Source: Phoronis australis
Lineage: Eukaryota > Animalia > Phoronida
Assembly (NCBI GenBank): GCA_002633005.1
Contig: NMRA01000331.1
Coordinates: 62,001-126,000 of the forward strand
Direction: 5' to 3'
Length of the DNA: 64,000 bases
Shown here: in pieces, positions 25,828 to 39,250 of the stretch
Layout: each line of letters opens with the position of its first letter
How positions within the stretch are numbered: position 1 is the stretch's first letter
Translations under genes and position numbers: made by a program
The notes under the pieces: generated by a model
Seen by the model: only the letters and a program-made list of their open reading frames with translations
Told to the model about the DNA's origin: nothing
Databases searched by the model: none

Positions 25828-26907
25828 AGAGTTCACACCATGATCATGTGTATCAAAAAGAATTTTTTAATACATCTTAAAAGATTTAATAGTGTTTAGC
25901 ATACCTGTTGCTAAGAAACATGCCAAAATTTAATATTTCTTCTCTTGTAGATGTACGCAATGGGTGGAAGACCGTCTCCGCCGTTATTGTTTTTACCAGT
26001 GCGAAACTGAGGAGTTGTGAGGAAAGTTCGCGGAAAGCAGCATTTTCAGACATGAAAAATGTGCGTTTGTGGAGGCTGTAGAAACAGCAACTTAGCTGAG
26101 AACGTCTCTGTGTTCAAATTTCCTAAAGACGTGGAAGTTTCACAGAAATGGCATCGGTTTGTGTGCCACACGAGAGTGTGGAATGTCGGTGTGGAACATG
26201 CGATTCAGTTGAGAGCCATTCTTTGTTCGGCACATTTCAAGGAATCGTGTTTCTACCAAACACAAAATTGGCGTTACGATTAAGGACTCCCCATCTTGTA
26301 AGTGTATTTGCAAATTTTATAAATAACGAACAAACTGCTTCCATTCTAGGGCGAGTGATATCAGGCCTTCGACCCCGGCCAAGATCGAGCGCTAAGACAC
26401 GTAGGCTTATACATTGTGTTTAGTACGTATTCATTCCATTATGGCAATAGTGAATACGAGCGACTCAGGTTTACTGTGGCCTTTGTCAGTGATTATTAAG
26501 TGTCTATTTTTTGAATATTGACCACCTCTTGGTTCAGTTAGTTGTGGCTCACAAGATGTCTGCAGCATTTCTCGTGCAAGTGGTCTCAAAGCCGACGAAA
26601 ATTCGCTAAGTGGGAAATCGAATTCATTGTCCGATTCTTCTTCTCTGTCTGCATAATAATTGTCCAGTTCTCACTCAGCATCGTTCTCGTCTTCTGATCT
26701 GCTGTGTAATTGATTGTCAGTTGACCAAATGTCTTCCACCCATTACATCATCTGACAGGAAACTTGGAAATAACTAATTTTTCTTCAAAGTTAAAAAATC
26801 GCCATTATTTGGCATAAACACTGCTTACTTAGTTAGATTTTATGGTATTCATTTCATATTAGCTAACTGAATCCTCAAAAACTTTGAAAATACATGGTGG
26901 AAACACT
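25828..26907 (+). mobile_element. Second Kolobok-type element, internally deleted, with THAP relic
   Basis: TTAA (25824-25827) AGAGTTCACACCATG...CATGGTGGAAACACT TTAA (26908-26911). Subterminal inverted motif TGGGTGGAAGAC (~25960) / GTCTTCCACCCA (~26730). Confidence 0.7.
26059..26283 (+). pseudogene. THAP zinc-finger domain fragment (transposon-derived)
   Basis: CVCGGC...FKFPKD...KW...LCSAHF is a complete C2CH THAP signature, followed by a stop. Confidence 0.8.
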
Positions 26908-29900
26908 TTAAAGAGGCATGGAACGCGAAAGCTCGTCAAAAATACCTTTTAAACAACTCCTGACGAAAGTAACATCTGGTAGCGTCTAGTACAGAGTAAT
27001 TCACTTTTGCCCTGTAAAGAAATTCCCGGAAAAAATCAAGATTTTTGAAATATGCGCAAAGGAAAACCTCTGTGGTTACCAAAGAGTTCCTAATTATCCC
27101 TCCCACTTATGATAAATGCGTGCATGCGCTCACAGTCAGTTGATTGAAATCGCTTGAGGTCTAAGGTGACATTTACCATAAAAGAGAAATGTGCTACGTC
27201 CATTTCTTGCCATACCAAATAAGTACACGACGAAGTGGCGACATGCGCGCACCCGGGTGATACCGCCACGTTCGCTCAATGGACGATTACAGGGACACCT
27301 GTTTCTAACGAATGAAACGGCATTATCGATTCTGAACGGTGTTTGAAATGCCCGCGAGATTCTCCCTAAAGTTTGTCTGAGATGACATAGAACAACGCGC
27401 ATGCTGAATACGTTTCTGAAACTTAATAGCTCGCTTTAATTCGAAATTAATAATATCATAATATTAAAAAAGTCCATTTTAAGAAGTGTTTTTTCTTTCT
27501 TTTAGGTGATAACGTCGATTAAGGGAAATGATCCCAATGCAGTGCAAACGATCACAATTGTAAAAATCAGTAGAAAAGGTTGAAATTCTGCCAATAAAAA
27601 TATCAAAATAATTCCACACCCGGTGACCAAACGCCATACCCGGGTACCCAACTCCACCAAGGATGTGGGACAGAAGTTCGGTCCCCAGTTGTGGATGGGT
27701 GTGTGGGGTTTAGGGTCGGGGGTATGGAATTTGTACCGCGAGTTTGGAGTTTGCTGCTACGGGACTGGGCTTTAGGAGACCGTAGTTCAAGTTCAAGGGC
27801 GCGGTCATAGAATCGTTTTATAACTGCAAATACGTGGAGAAAAGAAAACTTGATTTTAGTTTCAGGACGAGTTGACGAGGCCTTAAAACATATATTGTGT
27901 AGTTTAAGAAATCGATAGTTCAATAATGTTGTTACATGGTTTCTAACACCACAGTTTACTCAAAGAAAAGTAATGAAGGTCGCGCCAATATTTTCATCTT
28001 GAATGTACGGCATGCATATTCAATCCTAATTAGCCAGTTAGAACTACATGTTCTTCCTTTTTGTAATAGTTTAAGTTTAATTATCATTTACGCACTCTTT
28101 CCTGTACCCATTGGACCTTGGGTTGTTTTCCGGTTTCATTTGACTCAGCAACGAAACTTTTGTGAAATTTCAGAAGAGAATAAATGCCTTGTAATTTTCA
28201 CGTATAATATTCTATTTTTCCTTTTAGCAAGTGAGGCAATTTACATTTAGTTAGGCGATACCGAGTCAATTAGTTATGCAAACGCTCAATAGATGGCGAG
28301 AGAGTCACTTGCTCATACCTCGCGTGTTCGTAATTACTGCTAGATTTCAGCAGCCAAACAAACACGCCGTTACTGAATAACTTAAAAATAGACAGTGTAA
28401 AATGTTTTGAAACGAGAGATCGATAATAGTTAAAATCATCCGACTTGGACGGTCGACCGAAATAGTACGTGTTGTATCTTTGCCACATTATTTATGCACA
28501 GACGAGCAGAACATGTTGCTATTTTGGCTATTTTTCTGCATTGTGCTCGTATTTTGGCCCATGCATCTATATCCTGCGACACACAGCGTTTTACAAATAC
28601 AGTGGTTTATTCAAGTGTATCTCATTTTGGCGCATGCGACTACAGCTTCACCTGACAGGCCATTATCCCATTGAAATGCGTGAATGGATAAACTCAGAGT
28701 TGTTTGTTCATTATTATTGCTTTTAAGTTAATAATTAGTGTGAGATAAATTAAGTTTCTCTTCCTAAAAGTAACTTGCTCCTCGGCTTTACTCCAATGTC
28801 GCTTCCCGGTTACAGGGGTCTAAACTGAAATCACAGTGAGTTCTATCTTCTCGAGAAGATGTTGCCATTCTATTGAGAAAAAGATCAAAAATGTTAATTC
28901 TACGTTTCCTACTGTTGAGGTGTGTGCACTCATTCACAAAGATTAAACTAATATTAAAATAAAATTGGGTTTTGTCTGATTCTTAAATTTTCTCTTTGAA
29001 GAAAAGGTTGAAATGGAAATTAAAAAATAATGAGGTTAAAACAATGAAATACACGAGTATTAGTCGATAGACGTGCATTCATTTGAACTATTGATAAGAA
29101 TGTTTACAAAACGACGAAAACAAGAAGGTCAATGCAACACCGAATTCAAGAAATACTGTTTGCTAATGATTAGTAAGTCACAACTACAACATATTGGGCA
29201 TGTAACCTACATAAAAATACAAGACTTAAAAGACCATTTAAGCAACAGAACCAAACACTTATAGGCTAAGTTCACTGCCTTTCTATAATATCAACCAGGG
29301 TTAATAGTCTGACTGGACCTAATAATCATCCCCGCTCTGTGTTTTTAGTGTGAAAATGTAACAGGGATCCTCAAGGAAGGGCATTGTTTTGCAAATTTTC
29401 CAATATCAGATGGTTTTAACATAACATACCGTTACAATTATTGTTATAAGCATAAACACGGACACGCGTAACACACACGAGCTCGTCCTAATCGGGTTAT
29501 GAAAATAAACACGAGAAAACGTTTCGTTGAAAGCGTTACGATTCGTTTGTTGTCAAACCTTACAGAGGAGGTATTTTAACGGGTCTAACGTATGCTCCAC
29601 AGCGGAGTCACTTTCATAAAAACGCAGAAACCGCAACGCAAAACGTTAATATGCTCCGATCTACAAGAGGTACTTGTTCTATACATCAAACCGTTTTTTA
29701 CTCTTGCCAAAATCTGAGACACTTGCAAGTGATTCCCAGGACCTGCTAGTCAACTAAACGTAATACATAATTTTGATTGATACTGAACTTCGGCTGAACG
29801 TATTGTATTTCTAATCGAATATTTTACGGTCTCTAACGTGTCTAGAAATACACTGGTACTGTGAATCTTATTTTTGTAAGTTATTAAAAGGAGACAATAA

Positions 29901-30859
29901 TAAAGCGTTTCTATCTATCCAGTGGAGGGGTCAGCATATTTTTTTTCACGAATATGCTCGAGAATTGGTGTGTCATTCTCTCGATACTAAAAGCATAATA
30001 ATGACTAAATTTAACGAAAATCAACAAAGCTGTGTGGCAAACACACTGGTGTAAAAAATACCGGTCAAAAAATGGGGCGAAGGACTATGCGGGAGCGTTC
30101 AAACGTAGCCAAGTGCACCTGAGGAACCTCCGCTATTTTCAAGATTCAAAAATGTTCTCTTTAATACGAGTTGAACTTGAGTTACAAGGCAGGTTATGTG
30201 ACTGTGACTGTAAATGGTCGATCATTTTGAAACCTGCTGTGAAAGCCGTTTAAATCACACTGTGTGTAAAGCAACACGAATTAACCTCTGTTCTGTTTTC
30301 AACCCATGAGACCATTTACTTCGTAAGCTACCTTTCGTGTGAAAATTCTCGAAGCATTAATAATAAAAACTGAAACTCCTGACATAATTTCCAAGATACT
30401 GGGTTCCATCTACTAAGTATACAGCTTTGCGCCGATGTTAGTGGCTAAAACAGTGGTAGGATAAAATTATTTAAAGGTGTTGGAAAAATGGCGTTCTACC
30501 GTTATTTTGCTGCTAAAGTTGTGGAGCGATCTTTAGCAACGACTTTCGGCGTCATGAAATATCGCGTCACCTATTGGCCAGTTTCTTTTTTCGCCGATTC
30601 TTCAATCAACTGTTCTTCTTTCACGAGGTTGCGTGCACGTCGCAGCTGCCAAGCTACCATCATCTCCCGAGAGATGTCGCAAAAATTTAGGAAACGGCGC
30701 GTGCGCGTGTCACGAGCGTACTGTTTTCAAAACGAGGACATAACTTTTCTTTGTTAGAAAAGGCGAAGGATTGCGCAAGAAAATAACGTTTCTTAGATTG
30801 TTTTCCACTTAAACGACTTCATACAGTTAGCTGGCTGGCTAGGTTCCATCTAGCTCTAT

Positions 30860-31325
30860 AAATTTACACAAAACAGGAGTTCAACAAACCATGGGGAGTT
30901 GTTCTTTCTCCCAATACCAATTACGGTGTCCTCCTTCACCGAGTTCGCAACAAATTCGCGGTCAAAGCACAAAAGTCTTCCCAAAAAGTCGCTGCGGACG
31001 GCCAGTATGCTTCACGCGAGTAGGGTCAAGGTCAAGTAGGGTACTACGGAATAATCCGATGAGTTACGAATGGACCTCAATTGCCGGTTCATCACGGAGG
31101 GTTACGAAATGGTCTGGGTAAGTGTGGAGTTATTGATGTCGCGACCTTCCGTGACAAACTGGCAATTTCCGTGTGGCATATTGACCGTACGCAGCGACTT
31201 TTTGGGAGGATTTTTGTGCTTTGACCGCGAATTTGTTGCGAACTCGGTAAAGCAGGACACCATAAATGGTTTTGGGAGAAAGAACAATTCCTCATGGTTT
31301 ATTGAACTCCTGCTTGTGTAAATTT
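30860..31325. mobile_element. Fold-back MITE with ~155-bp inverted arms
   Basis: CAGGAGTTCAA...CCGAGTTCGCAACAAATTCGCGGTCAAAGCACAAAA vs TTTTGTGCTTTGACCGCGAATTTGTTGCGAACTCGG...TTGAACTCCTG. Confidence 0.85.
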
Positions 31326-32870
31326 GTTGATATTTTTTTTTGTTGATATGGACGGCTGAAGTGAAGCACCCGGGGAATTTCTGGCCCCGAGTGTCATACC
31401 TCGTTGTATATATATAGTATATTGGGCACGATCAGAGGACGCCTGTGATGGCAGTGAGGAAAGCACAGATGCGTCCCGTAGATGATTGTCTATGTATCTC
31501 CAGAATGGAGTCATTAAACACCATTTTGAGTCTAAACACGTTAAACTCTATCATTTGATGCTTGAGAAAAACACGCAAATACCGGACTTACCATATTGGC
31601 GCTCTTTCGTGTAATAAGAGTGCGAAAGCGACTTCCGCTTGGTCCCAAGTCGGATTTATGGGACAGAAATTCAGTTACTGCATAATGGTTCATTAATCTA
31701 AACAGGTTTGTTTGTTTCTGTAACCTATTAGTTCATCCCACCACACCGCAGTGGAAATTTGCCGGCATTATCACCGTTTATACCAGTAGGTTGAAACCTT
31801 CCGCATTACATGGGATTTGTAGGTGGCGCTGAACGCCTGTCCACAAAGATCTGGTTGCCGTCTAGTAGCTTGGTGTGGCTACTTCGAAAGTCAGCTATTC
31901 TTTATATTTAACGTGACAAACAGCTCCTTCAAACGTTGTAGTCTCTTGTGACCAATTTCCAGTCCCGCCCATGTAATCAATCACCAGGACAATGGAAATT
32001 TTTCGCACTTTGCACTGGTTCAGTAGTTCACTGGTTTCTGGTCGGATGTTGCCATGATGTGTGTGATCGAGTCCCTTATCTCAATCATCTTTTGTCGTGA
32101 TCACGCCTTCATGGGTCTTCCCTCAAGATGTCTCGTGAGACACGAAGTACAGGACAACTGTACTGTATATTGTGTCGCTACGTGATTTGAATATGAAGCC
32201 TGTATACTGATTTTGTGCTTCCCTCACTACTATGAGCCTGGGCCAGTTTCCATTAACTGACTGAGCCGAGATCAGCCTGCCACCAACTAGAACGTTTATC
32301 TGTTAAGACCATTAAAAACAAATGGAATTTTGTGTTAAAAAACCCTCTCTCAAGAAAAATTTGTTGACGAGATACTTGTCAAAATTTGTGAACAAATTCC
32401 TGTAGAAATCATCGGTAGGCATTAAACGGGAGTTTGAGGTGGATTTCGGAACTCGACTTGCGTACTTGACGTTTGCGTAGTCAGTCGAGGAACTGTGCTC
32501 AAGACAAAGACTGAAAGCGAATAAAATTTCTAAACTGCTATATAATTCACACATTTGCTTAATAAAGGAATGCCACGTATTTACATTTCGGAAACAGTAT
32601 TTATAATCTCAAATACACACCAACAGAATGGGAACACCACTTGGTAGCATTAACAATGATTCCTCCCCGACTGATCGCTAGGCTAGGCTTCCCGAAACAG
32701 TTCAAGCACGTCACACACATGTTCTGATCCTAAATTCTCGTTCGTTTTTCTCGACCATGTTTTCACATTTCTTCTCATCATTGCCTCAATAGTGATGTAA
32801 CAATATGTAACAGCTGCTACCCCGTCGTCAAGACAAATAACCGGGCTTGCTGTTCCATAAGTTTCTCAAT

Positions 32871-33191
32871 GTGTGGAAACGATTCCATGACCGCCCCTTT
32901 AAATTTGTTACGATCCTCTAAACCCCATTGTTACGATCCTCTAAACCCCATTGTTACGATCCTCTAAACCCCACTGCCAACACCAACCTCGTGATCGGTA
33001 CAAACTCTATACCCACGCCTAAGGTCTGGGTTTGGACTTTGGTCACCGGGTACTTCCGGCGTGTAAGTAGTGCTTAGCAGGGTCGTGGCCAACGATATTA
33101 TAGTTACACTTTAGTATTGTTGGCGCAACGTGGAATTCGTAATACGATTTGCCTTTGGTGGTCCGGGAATGGTCATGGAATCTTTTCCACC
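32871..33191. mobile_element. MITE with 20-bp TIRs containing a 23-bp x3 tandem repeat
   Basis: GTGGAAACGATTCCATGACC / GGTCATGGAATCTTTTCCAC; TTGTTACGATCCTCTAAACCCCA x3 at 32905-32973. Confidence 0.7.
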
Positions 33192-33390
33192 CCTGTAAAT
33201 GGAGCTCCACCATGGATGAAATTGTGCATATTTAACAGGACTTCTCCGAAAATGGAAAATCCAATAAGTCCATGATCTACGTCATATCAAGGAATTTCGT
33301 AGGTTTTGTGACAGGCGTAAAGAAAGGTAAGCTTTCTACCAGAAGCACAGAGGGAGTCGGGTCCTTTCAGGAGTTTGGAACGGCAGAGTG

Positions 33391-33545
33391 TTGGACAGAG
33401 ATGACGGAAATATGTAGCGGCGCATGGAGTTGGACAGAGATGACGGAAATATGTAGCGGCGCATGGAGTTGGACAGAGATGACGGAAATATGTAGCGGCG
33501 CATAGATTTGGACAGATATGACGGAAATATGTACCGACGCATGGA
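33391..33545. repeat. 39-bp tandem repeat x4 (followed by 28-bp x2 at 33592-33647)
   Basis: Unit TTGGACAGAGATGACGGAAATATGTAGCGGCGCATGGAG. Confidence 0.9.
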
Positions 33546-34208
33546 AAACTGCCTTGACTATTAGTGCCAAGAAGAAATCCGTTTGCATTTTGACAGGTAA
33601 CATAAGAAGTGTTCATGAAGACAGGTAACATGAGAAGTGTTTATGAATGCTGCTTTCAACAATGACAGTGACCTAAGTGACAGTGGGAATAAAATAAAAT
33701 GTATCCTGCATACTTACAGAAGTCACGTGATAAAAAATGGTACTGCTTTGTATTTGAAGTCTCTAAGGTATTCAAAGAATCTACAGGGAAACTATCGTTT
33801 AATAATTGTCTCAACTATTAAACATAACTTAAAACATTACTTTGGAAATTGAGAAATAATGAGCATCAAGTTTTGTAATTAATCCCCGATTAGCGGGGTA
33901 GGATGTACAACAACCAACGACACGTTTCAGGCAAGTTTATATATCACAATCGCTGTTGTTGTTGTTACATTTATTGTGTTGCTGTTGTATTTCTGGTCGT
34001 TGTATATTTGTTGTGTTGCTGTTGTGTTTGCTCGTCTGTTGTCGTTGTCTTCGTCGCTGTAGTTGAAGTTGGTGTCATCTACTACGTAAAGTTTCAATTG
34101 CGTAATAAATAGCTACCTAAGAATGACTGATCGCGTACAAACGTGCCTGTCTATCTGAATGTTTAGAGTCCTAAACAAAAATAGCATGTAATTATTTCCG
34201 GATATATG

Positions 34209-34950
34209 TAGATTATTACATTGCGAAGTCGTTATCCCCGTTATCTAGAGCCCGAATGGATTTTGGAGAATTATCGCCCCGAAGGTGATAAATCTCAAAA
34301 ATCCACGAGGGCTCTAGACAAGGGGGGGTACCGACTGAGAACATGTAATAATATATTTATACCACATACTGAACGAGAAACATTACAATGAATCGACCTA
34401 CCTTTCTCGACTCGCCTCGGCTCTGTATCTACTTTCTATGTCAGAGGCCGGGTCCGGGGTCGGAGGTCGTAACCTTTTAAGAAAAGCCGAGCTATTTTTG
34501 TCAAATAATGCATTTACTCAAAATCAATTGAAAATTTGAACACAATAGAAATAAAGTGAGTCTATAAATTAAGGTTTAGCAACTATTATAGCTTACTACA
34601 CACTTTATCACGCTAAGCTTCGACCGGGAAAATATCGTCTGCTAAAGTAGGTTACCAATAGTAACTGAGTATAATGCTCAAGTCAAAGGATCCCGACGAC
34701 ACGATTCCCGCATCGGTGATTTACAAGTGAGAGGACACGAGAGAAATATTTTACTGAATTAGATATATTTTATGGAAATTATGCGTCTTATTTTCCATAG
34801 CGTGTAAATGTAGGTACAATGCCCTTTGCTGAACATGCTATTGTTGCGCGTGCTCATTTTAGTATTCTATTTTCACGTTCGATGACGTCAGTCGGTGAGT
34901 GGTGTAGTGGTCAAGTCGGCGACTCTAAACTCTTGCGTTCCGGGTTCGAA
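34209..34950 (-). mobile_element. Second copy (inverted) of the 4370-5133 repeat
   Basis: Continuous high similarity, e.g. GTCAAAGGATCCCGACGACACGAT vs ATCGTGTCGTCGGGATCCTTTGAC. Confidence 0.75.
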
Positions 34951-35130
34951 TCCGGCCTCGGTTACCCGCCAAAATGTCATCTCTCTAGTGAGATAACTAA
35001 ATGGGTTATTACACGTATCTGCCATTCTACGCTAATATTGTGGTGTAAACGCTATTATTAAGTACACAAGAAAGTGGCACTCTTTCAGGTTCCTTCCCTC
35101 TGGCATTACTCTGGCCAAGGGCTGGTGTCT
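34891..35130 (+). mobile_element. tRNA-derived SINE-like head plus body
   Basis: A box TGGTGTAGTGG and B box GGTTCGAATCC at tRNA spacing; anticodon arm does not pair. Confidence 0.5.
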
Positions 35131-35839
35131 ACAAATACACACTTTAATTTTTGTATCGTAGAAAGTTCGCAAGCATCGGAGTCTTGACACTTCGACCAAC
35201 TACAGCATCTAAGTCACAGTGCTCAAACTGTCAGTTTGCAGCAGCAAATTTGATTTGTGGAGTTTGCCACTGGAGATATAAGCATAGTTTTTTTTTTTTT
35301 AAAGCCAGCTTCAAATTCACTCTTAGACATGGATTTTACATTATCTGTGCTTTAGTCTGAAGTTAGTTTTAATGACCAGGTGAATGTTTGAACCTGCCAG
35401 CCGGCTATCACAGTTCTGTCGACCATTAATTGATCATCTCTGGATGTCAACCACAGAAGTTTGGATGAAAACAGCCAACAGTCATCAAGAGAGTTTTAAT
35501 CCGATTCATCTTTCTTTTTCGATCAGACGGTGATAGTTTTGACCTGTTTTATATTGAGCGGCGCTGAAACATTGCATCGATTGAGCCTCTGACGACTCGA
35601 GGGATCATTAAGCCAATTACAAAAGCACATTTTCTGTCATTAATCTTTCGTGTAAAGAACCAATTACGCATCTAGAAAGGAGGTGCGCCGCTGTTTTACA
35701 CATGTTCTCTGCTAACGTTTAGAAGTCTTTGATCCCGACATGTATTGCGGTATTGCTCCCTGGGGGCGCTCTCAGCATCAGGGTTAGTACACGTTTGTTC
35801 GTGACATTATCGGCGAGAAAAATGGATTTGTGATATCAA

Positions 35840-35908
35840 CCTTAGCTCGGATTCGAACCTCCAGTCCCTGTAATCGCAGTCCAAGCTCTATTTGTGTAGC
35901 TAAACCCC
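35840..35908 (-). repeat. tRNA-derived (SINE-like) fragment
   Basis: Minus strand reads TTTAGCT...AGAGC...GGTTCGAATCC. Confidence 0.45.
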
Positions 35909-36524
35909 ACTCGAAACATGGTAGAGTAAGCGGTTTAGCTGGTAACGTCACCGGCATTCATTACAGCGAACGCATGACAGTCAACGGCAAAATTGGCGAT
36001 TTGTAATAAAATCATAAAAACACAACGGAATATGTTGTTTTGCAGCTACTTATTTCAAACAAGTTTATATACTTTCATCTAAGCCATCTTATTGAAAGCT
36101 GCCATAAACCCGACGTCCGTTGGCGCAAAGGACACATAATACTTATAGTTTCCGGTTCCATGGTAAGTTCCAAGTGAATTATGAAACTTGAGATTTCATA
36201 CACGAGTTTTCTGGTTAAATTGATACAGCTTAGATTTTTAATTTACGTTTTGAAATAAAAATTTGGAAAATCAAAAGAAATTCTGATTTCATCCTGAAAG
36301 TGAATTTTGGACGGCCAATATTCCTTGGTTAAAATTTTTGCGATCACGTCACTAAACAACCTTACAACCAATCACAACACTGCCATTCTAAAGAATAACT
36401 TGATCAGTTGAGATGTTGTAACCCATTCGCGCTCATGGTTGGTCTATTTGTTTGGGGCAGTCGTTATCGCGGGCGACCTACGGTGTAGGCAACACGTAGC
36501 CCCTCGGTTGGCCATTTAGGGGCT

Positions 36525-37195
36525 CCAATACTTCCATGCGCTTTCTGTACGCATTTCGTTACATGTATTTTAAACGGGAGGTAGGCCAAATCCGGCTACC
36601 GATTTTGAGCTTTCACCTTGTCAAAAATACATTCCACACTTAAAATTATCTCTTAAAAAGGCGCTTACATTTTTCATTGGTTCTTTCTTCTTCTATAAAT
36701 ATCGTCGATAAAGTTTAGTTGTGAGAATTAAGGTGACTTTGGCGAAGAATTACAACTAAACTTTTTTGGTTGCCTCAACTTTTTCACCACGCGCGCAATA
36801 ACCTTAAGTAGGTCAACTGAGTCACGTGAGTTAGGCAAAAGCTAGCGTGAGACTGAGCGAAGCGCGTGACACTAGCGCGCGACACTTGCAAAATTGCATG
36901 GGAAGGTATCAGTTGAAATTTGTAAGATTTGTGTTCCTTGGACTTTTTATTCGTCAACATGCGTGATTTCACGTAACTTCCTCAAAATGGCACCCGGTAA
37001 GAGAAACTCGAACAAACCACGACAGATTTTCATCGTTTTGCTGACTAAATTGTATCCAGAGTCATGATATGTGTTAATTATAACTCCATGTTCCAACATG
37101 TCTGGTTCATTTGATTTTATTTGCTGTATTTTGAAATCAGTAACTTTTTGAGGGGCTGTACTATCGCTCCTGCATGCCTGCGGCTTCCAGAGCGA
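36525..37195 (+). repeat. Interspersed repeat, copy of 12885-13590
   Basis: Long collinear similarity, e.g. GCGTGATTTCACGTAACTTCCTCAAAATGG and GAGACTGAGCGAAGCGCG are identical in both. Confidence 0.8.
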
Positions 37196-38045
37196 TGTAA
37201 TTGCCTACCTATTGTGTAGTCGGTTTTAGCTCCCGCGATTACTATGCGCAAGGCACCTTCAATATCTGTTAGACGCATTTTGATTCGATGTTTGGCACAC
37301 AATAACAGCAGTGCCGCCTGATCTAAACACCGTTAGACTGGTGCACCAGCTACATGCTACATGCTACATGCTAGAATGTTGACTGAATGTTTGACGATTC
37401 TAGTTTCAGTATAGATTGGAAAATGAAACATTGGAACATTGGTTAATATACTTAAAATTTCACAATTCCATTTTAAGTGAACCATGAAATATTGACTATT
37501 TTGTTCTTTAAATTTTGTGTTGAATATTGGGTTTTCTAATTTTATCAAACGTTCAAAGTTTTAATATTCAAATTGAAAATGAAAATTGAACTGAAACAAT
37601 GCACACGGATTTATCAAATCTGCAGTAAATTGTAATGGCACATCTTGTCACCCCATCTATTCCACAGTTTGCAAAGCTGTGTACATGTAGGCCTACGCGA
37701 TACTGCGTGTAGGCCCTAGTGAAGACATGGGCGAATCCAAAATGCGAGGAGTAGAGGGTGGTTGAGGTGTGCGTGGCATGGGGTAGGATACGCAAATTCC
37801 AGGTTGAGTGGAGTGGTGGGCTGCTGAAGCTTAGAAGGGGGTGAGTCACGGGGCAATTCCTCAGGCGGTCATACTGAAAATAACCCGCCTCTACAAGCAA
37901 TATCCACTGATAGGCCTGGTCTTAATCCACACAGTCCGTAAAGAAGAACAAGAACGTGCTGCGATGTTTGATATTAAACTTTAAGTAATTCTTATCTGAA
38001 TAATTTGGTTAAGTGTGCGTTATCCATCCACAATTTATACGAAAT

Positions 38046-38113
38046 CATGAGCTGCGTACCACAGGGGGGCTGGGGGCTATAGCTCCAGTTTTTTCAGTGC
38101 TGCGGCGCCTATG
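38046..38113 (-). mobile_element. Monomeric 68-bp mini-MITE with 5-bp TSD GAAAT
   Basis: GAAAT|CATG...TATG|GAAAT; reverse complement of the 3834-3903 unit. Confidence 0.7.
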
Positions 38114-38701
38114 GAAATCGGTGCTTTTCATGATGACGAATGTTGTTCCAGCAACAACTTGCATGGCCCAAGTTAACTGCAGAGCTCAAATTTCGTTCGA
38201 CATAGCCACAGTTGGCAAAATGCTGAGAGAAACGTCAGTTCCACCTTGAGTAATAAGCCCCAGGCTATTAACGTACATAACCTTTATGTTAGTCGTACAA
38301 GAAATGTATCCCATGAAAATTGTCGCATGCTTTAGACCTCCCAAGACACTTCGGATGTTTCCGTAGCCTCAAATTATACGTCGGGGATATTCAATATATG
38401 AGCGGGTGCGAACTTCAATCACTACAGCAACTCATGTGACTCTCAAATCGGAATGCGACAGGGGTTAACAGTACACCGGGAAGCAGAAAAAGCACTTAAA
38501 GTGACCGTCGCGTACTACTTTTGAGACAAGCTAGGCTGAAGCCATGATTTTAGATTACATTCCGATTTCGCACATGCGCAGATATGCAACACTTTTGAAG
38601 AATAATTTGAGGCAACGAAAATGAATGAGACGTGACGAAGATTATGACAACGACGAATAGGACGACGACGACGATAATGAAGATTAATGATGACGACTAA
38701 A

Positions 38702-38835
38702 CATGGGCGGCGCACCTCAGAAATAAGTGGGGGCTATGGCCCCCAGCCCCTTATGGTGCGTCGCCTATGTGACCATGGGCGGCACAGCACTGGCATCTGT
38801 GGGGCCCCCCAGTCCCCTATGGTACACCACCCATG
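38702..38835 (+). mobile_element. Dimer of mini-MITEs flanked by 5-bp TSD CTAAA
   Basis: CTAAA|CATGGGCGGCGCA...CCTATG TGAC CATGGGCGGCAC...CACCCATG|CTAAA. Confidence 0.7.
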
Positions 38836-39192
38836 CTAAACTGGTTAAGAAACATTGACATGTACAGTAGATGGTAAACCAAAAAGTGCAGTTAATGAAA
38901 GAGCAGCCACCAGAAAATCTCCAAGAAATGAGAATTGTAAATTGTAAACCAAAAACGATAGTACAAGCTTGTATAGTTTGACAAAATCTACACACATATC
39001 AAATTTCAGAAAAAATCCTTAAATTGTATTGGAGTTATGAGTAATAGTTCGGCAAATCGAAAGTTTGACAAATGGCTTCCACAGCGCAATTTAATATTTG
39101 TTTACGCTCAACCAAAAATAATAGTCCTCGAACTGTTAACAAGTTACATGTTCTTGTACAAATTCCATGTCTATGAAGATAGCATGCAAGCA

Positions 39193-39250
39193 TTGTCATG
39201 TCATGTCGTGTCATGACATGTCATGTCATGTAATGCCATGTCATGTCATA
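39193..39250. repeat. (CATGT)n microsatellite
   Basis: Direct reading of the sequence. Confidence 0.85.

Noticed and set aside
33950-34070. Cys/Val-rich ORF 33903-34112
   Set aside because: Translation of a degenerate (GTT)n microsatellite.
34891-34963. Apparent amber-suppressor tRNA (loop CTCTAAA)
   Set aside because: The anticodon stem does not pair and the homologous copy at ~4390 reads CTCGAAA; it is a decayed repeat.
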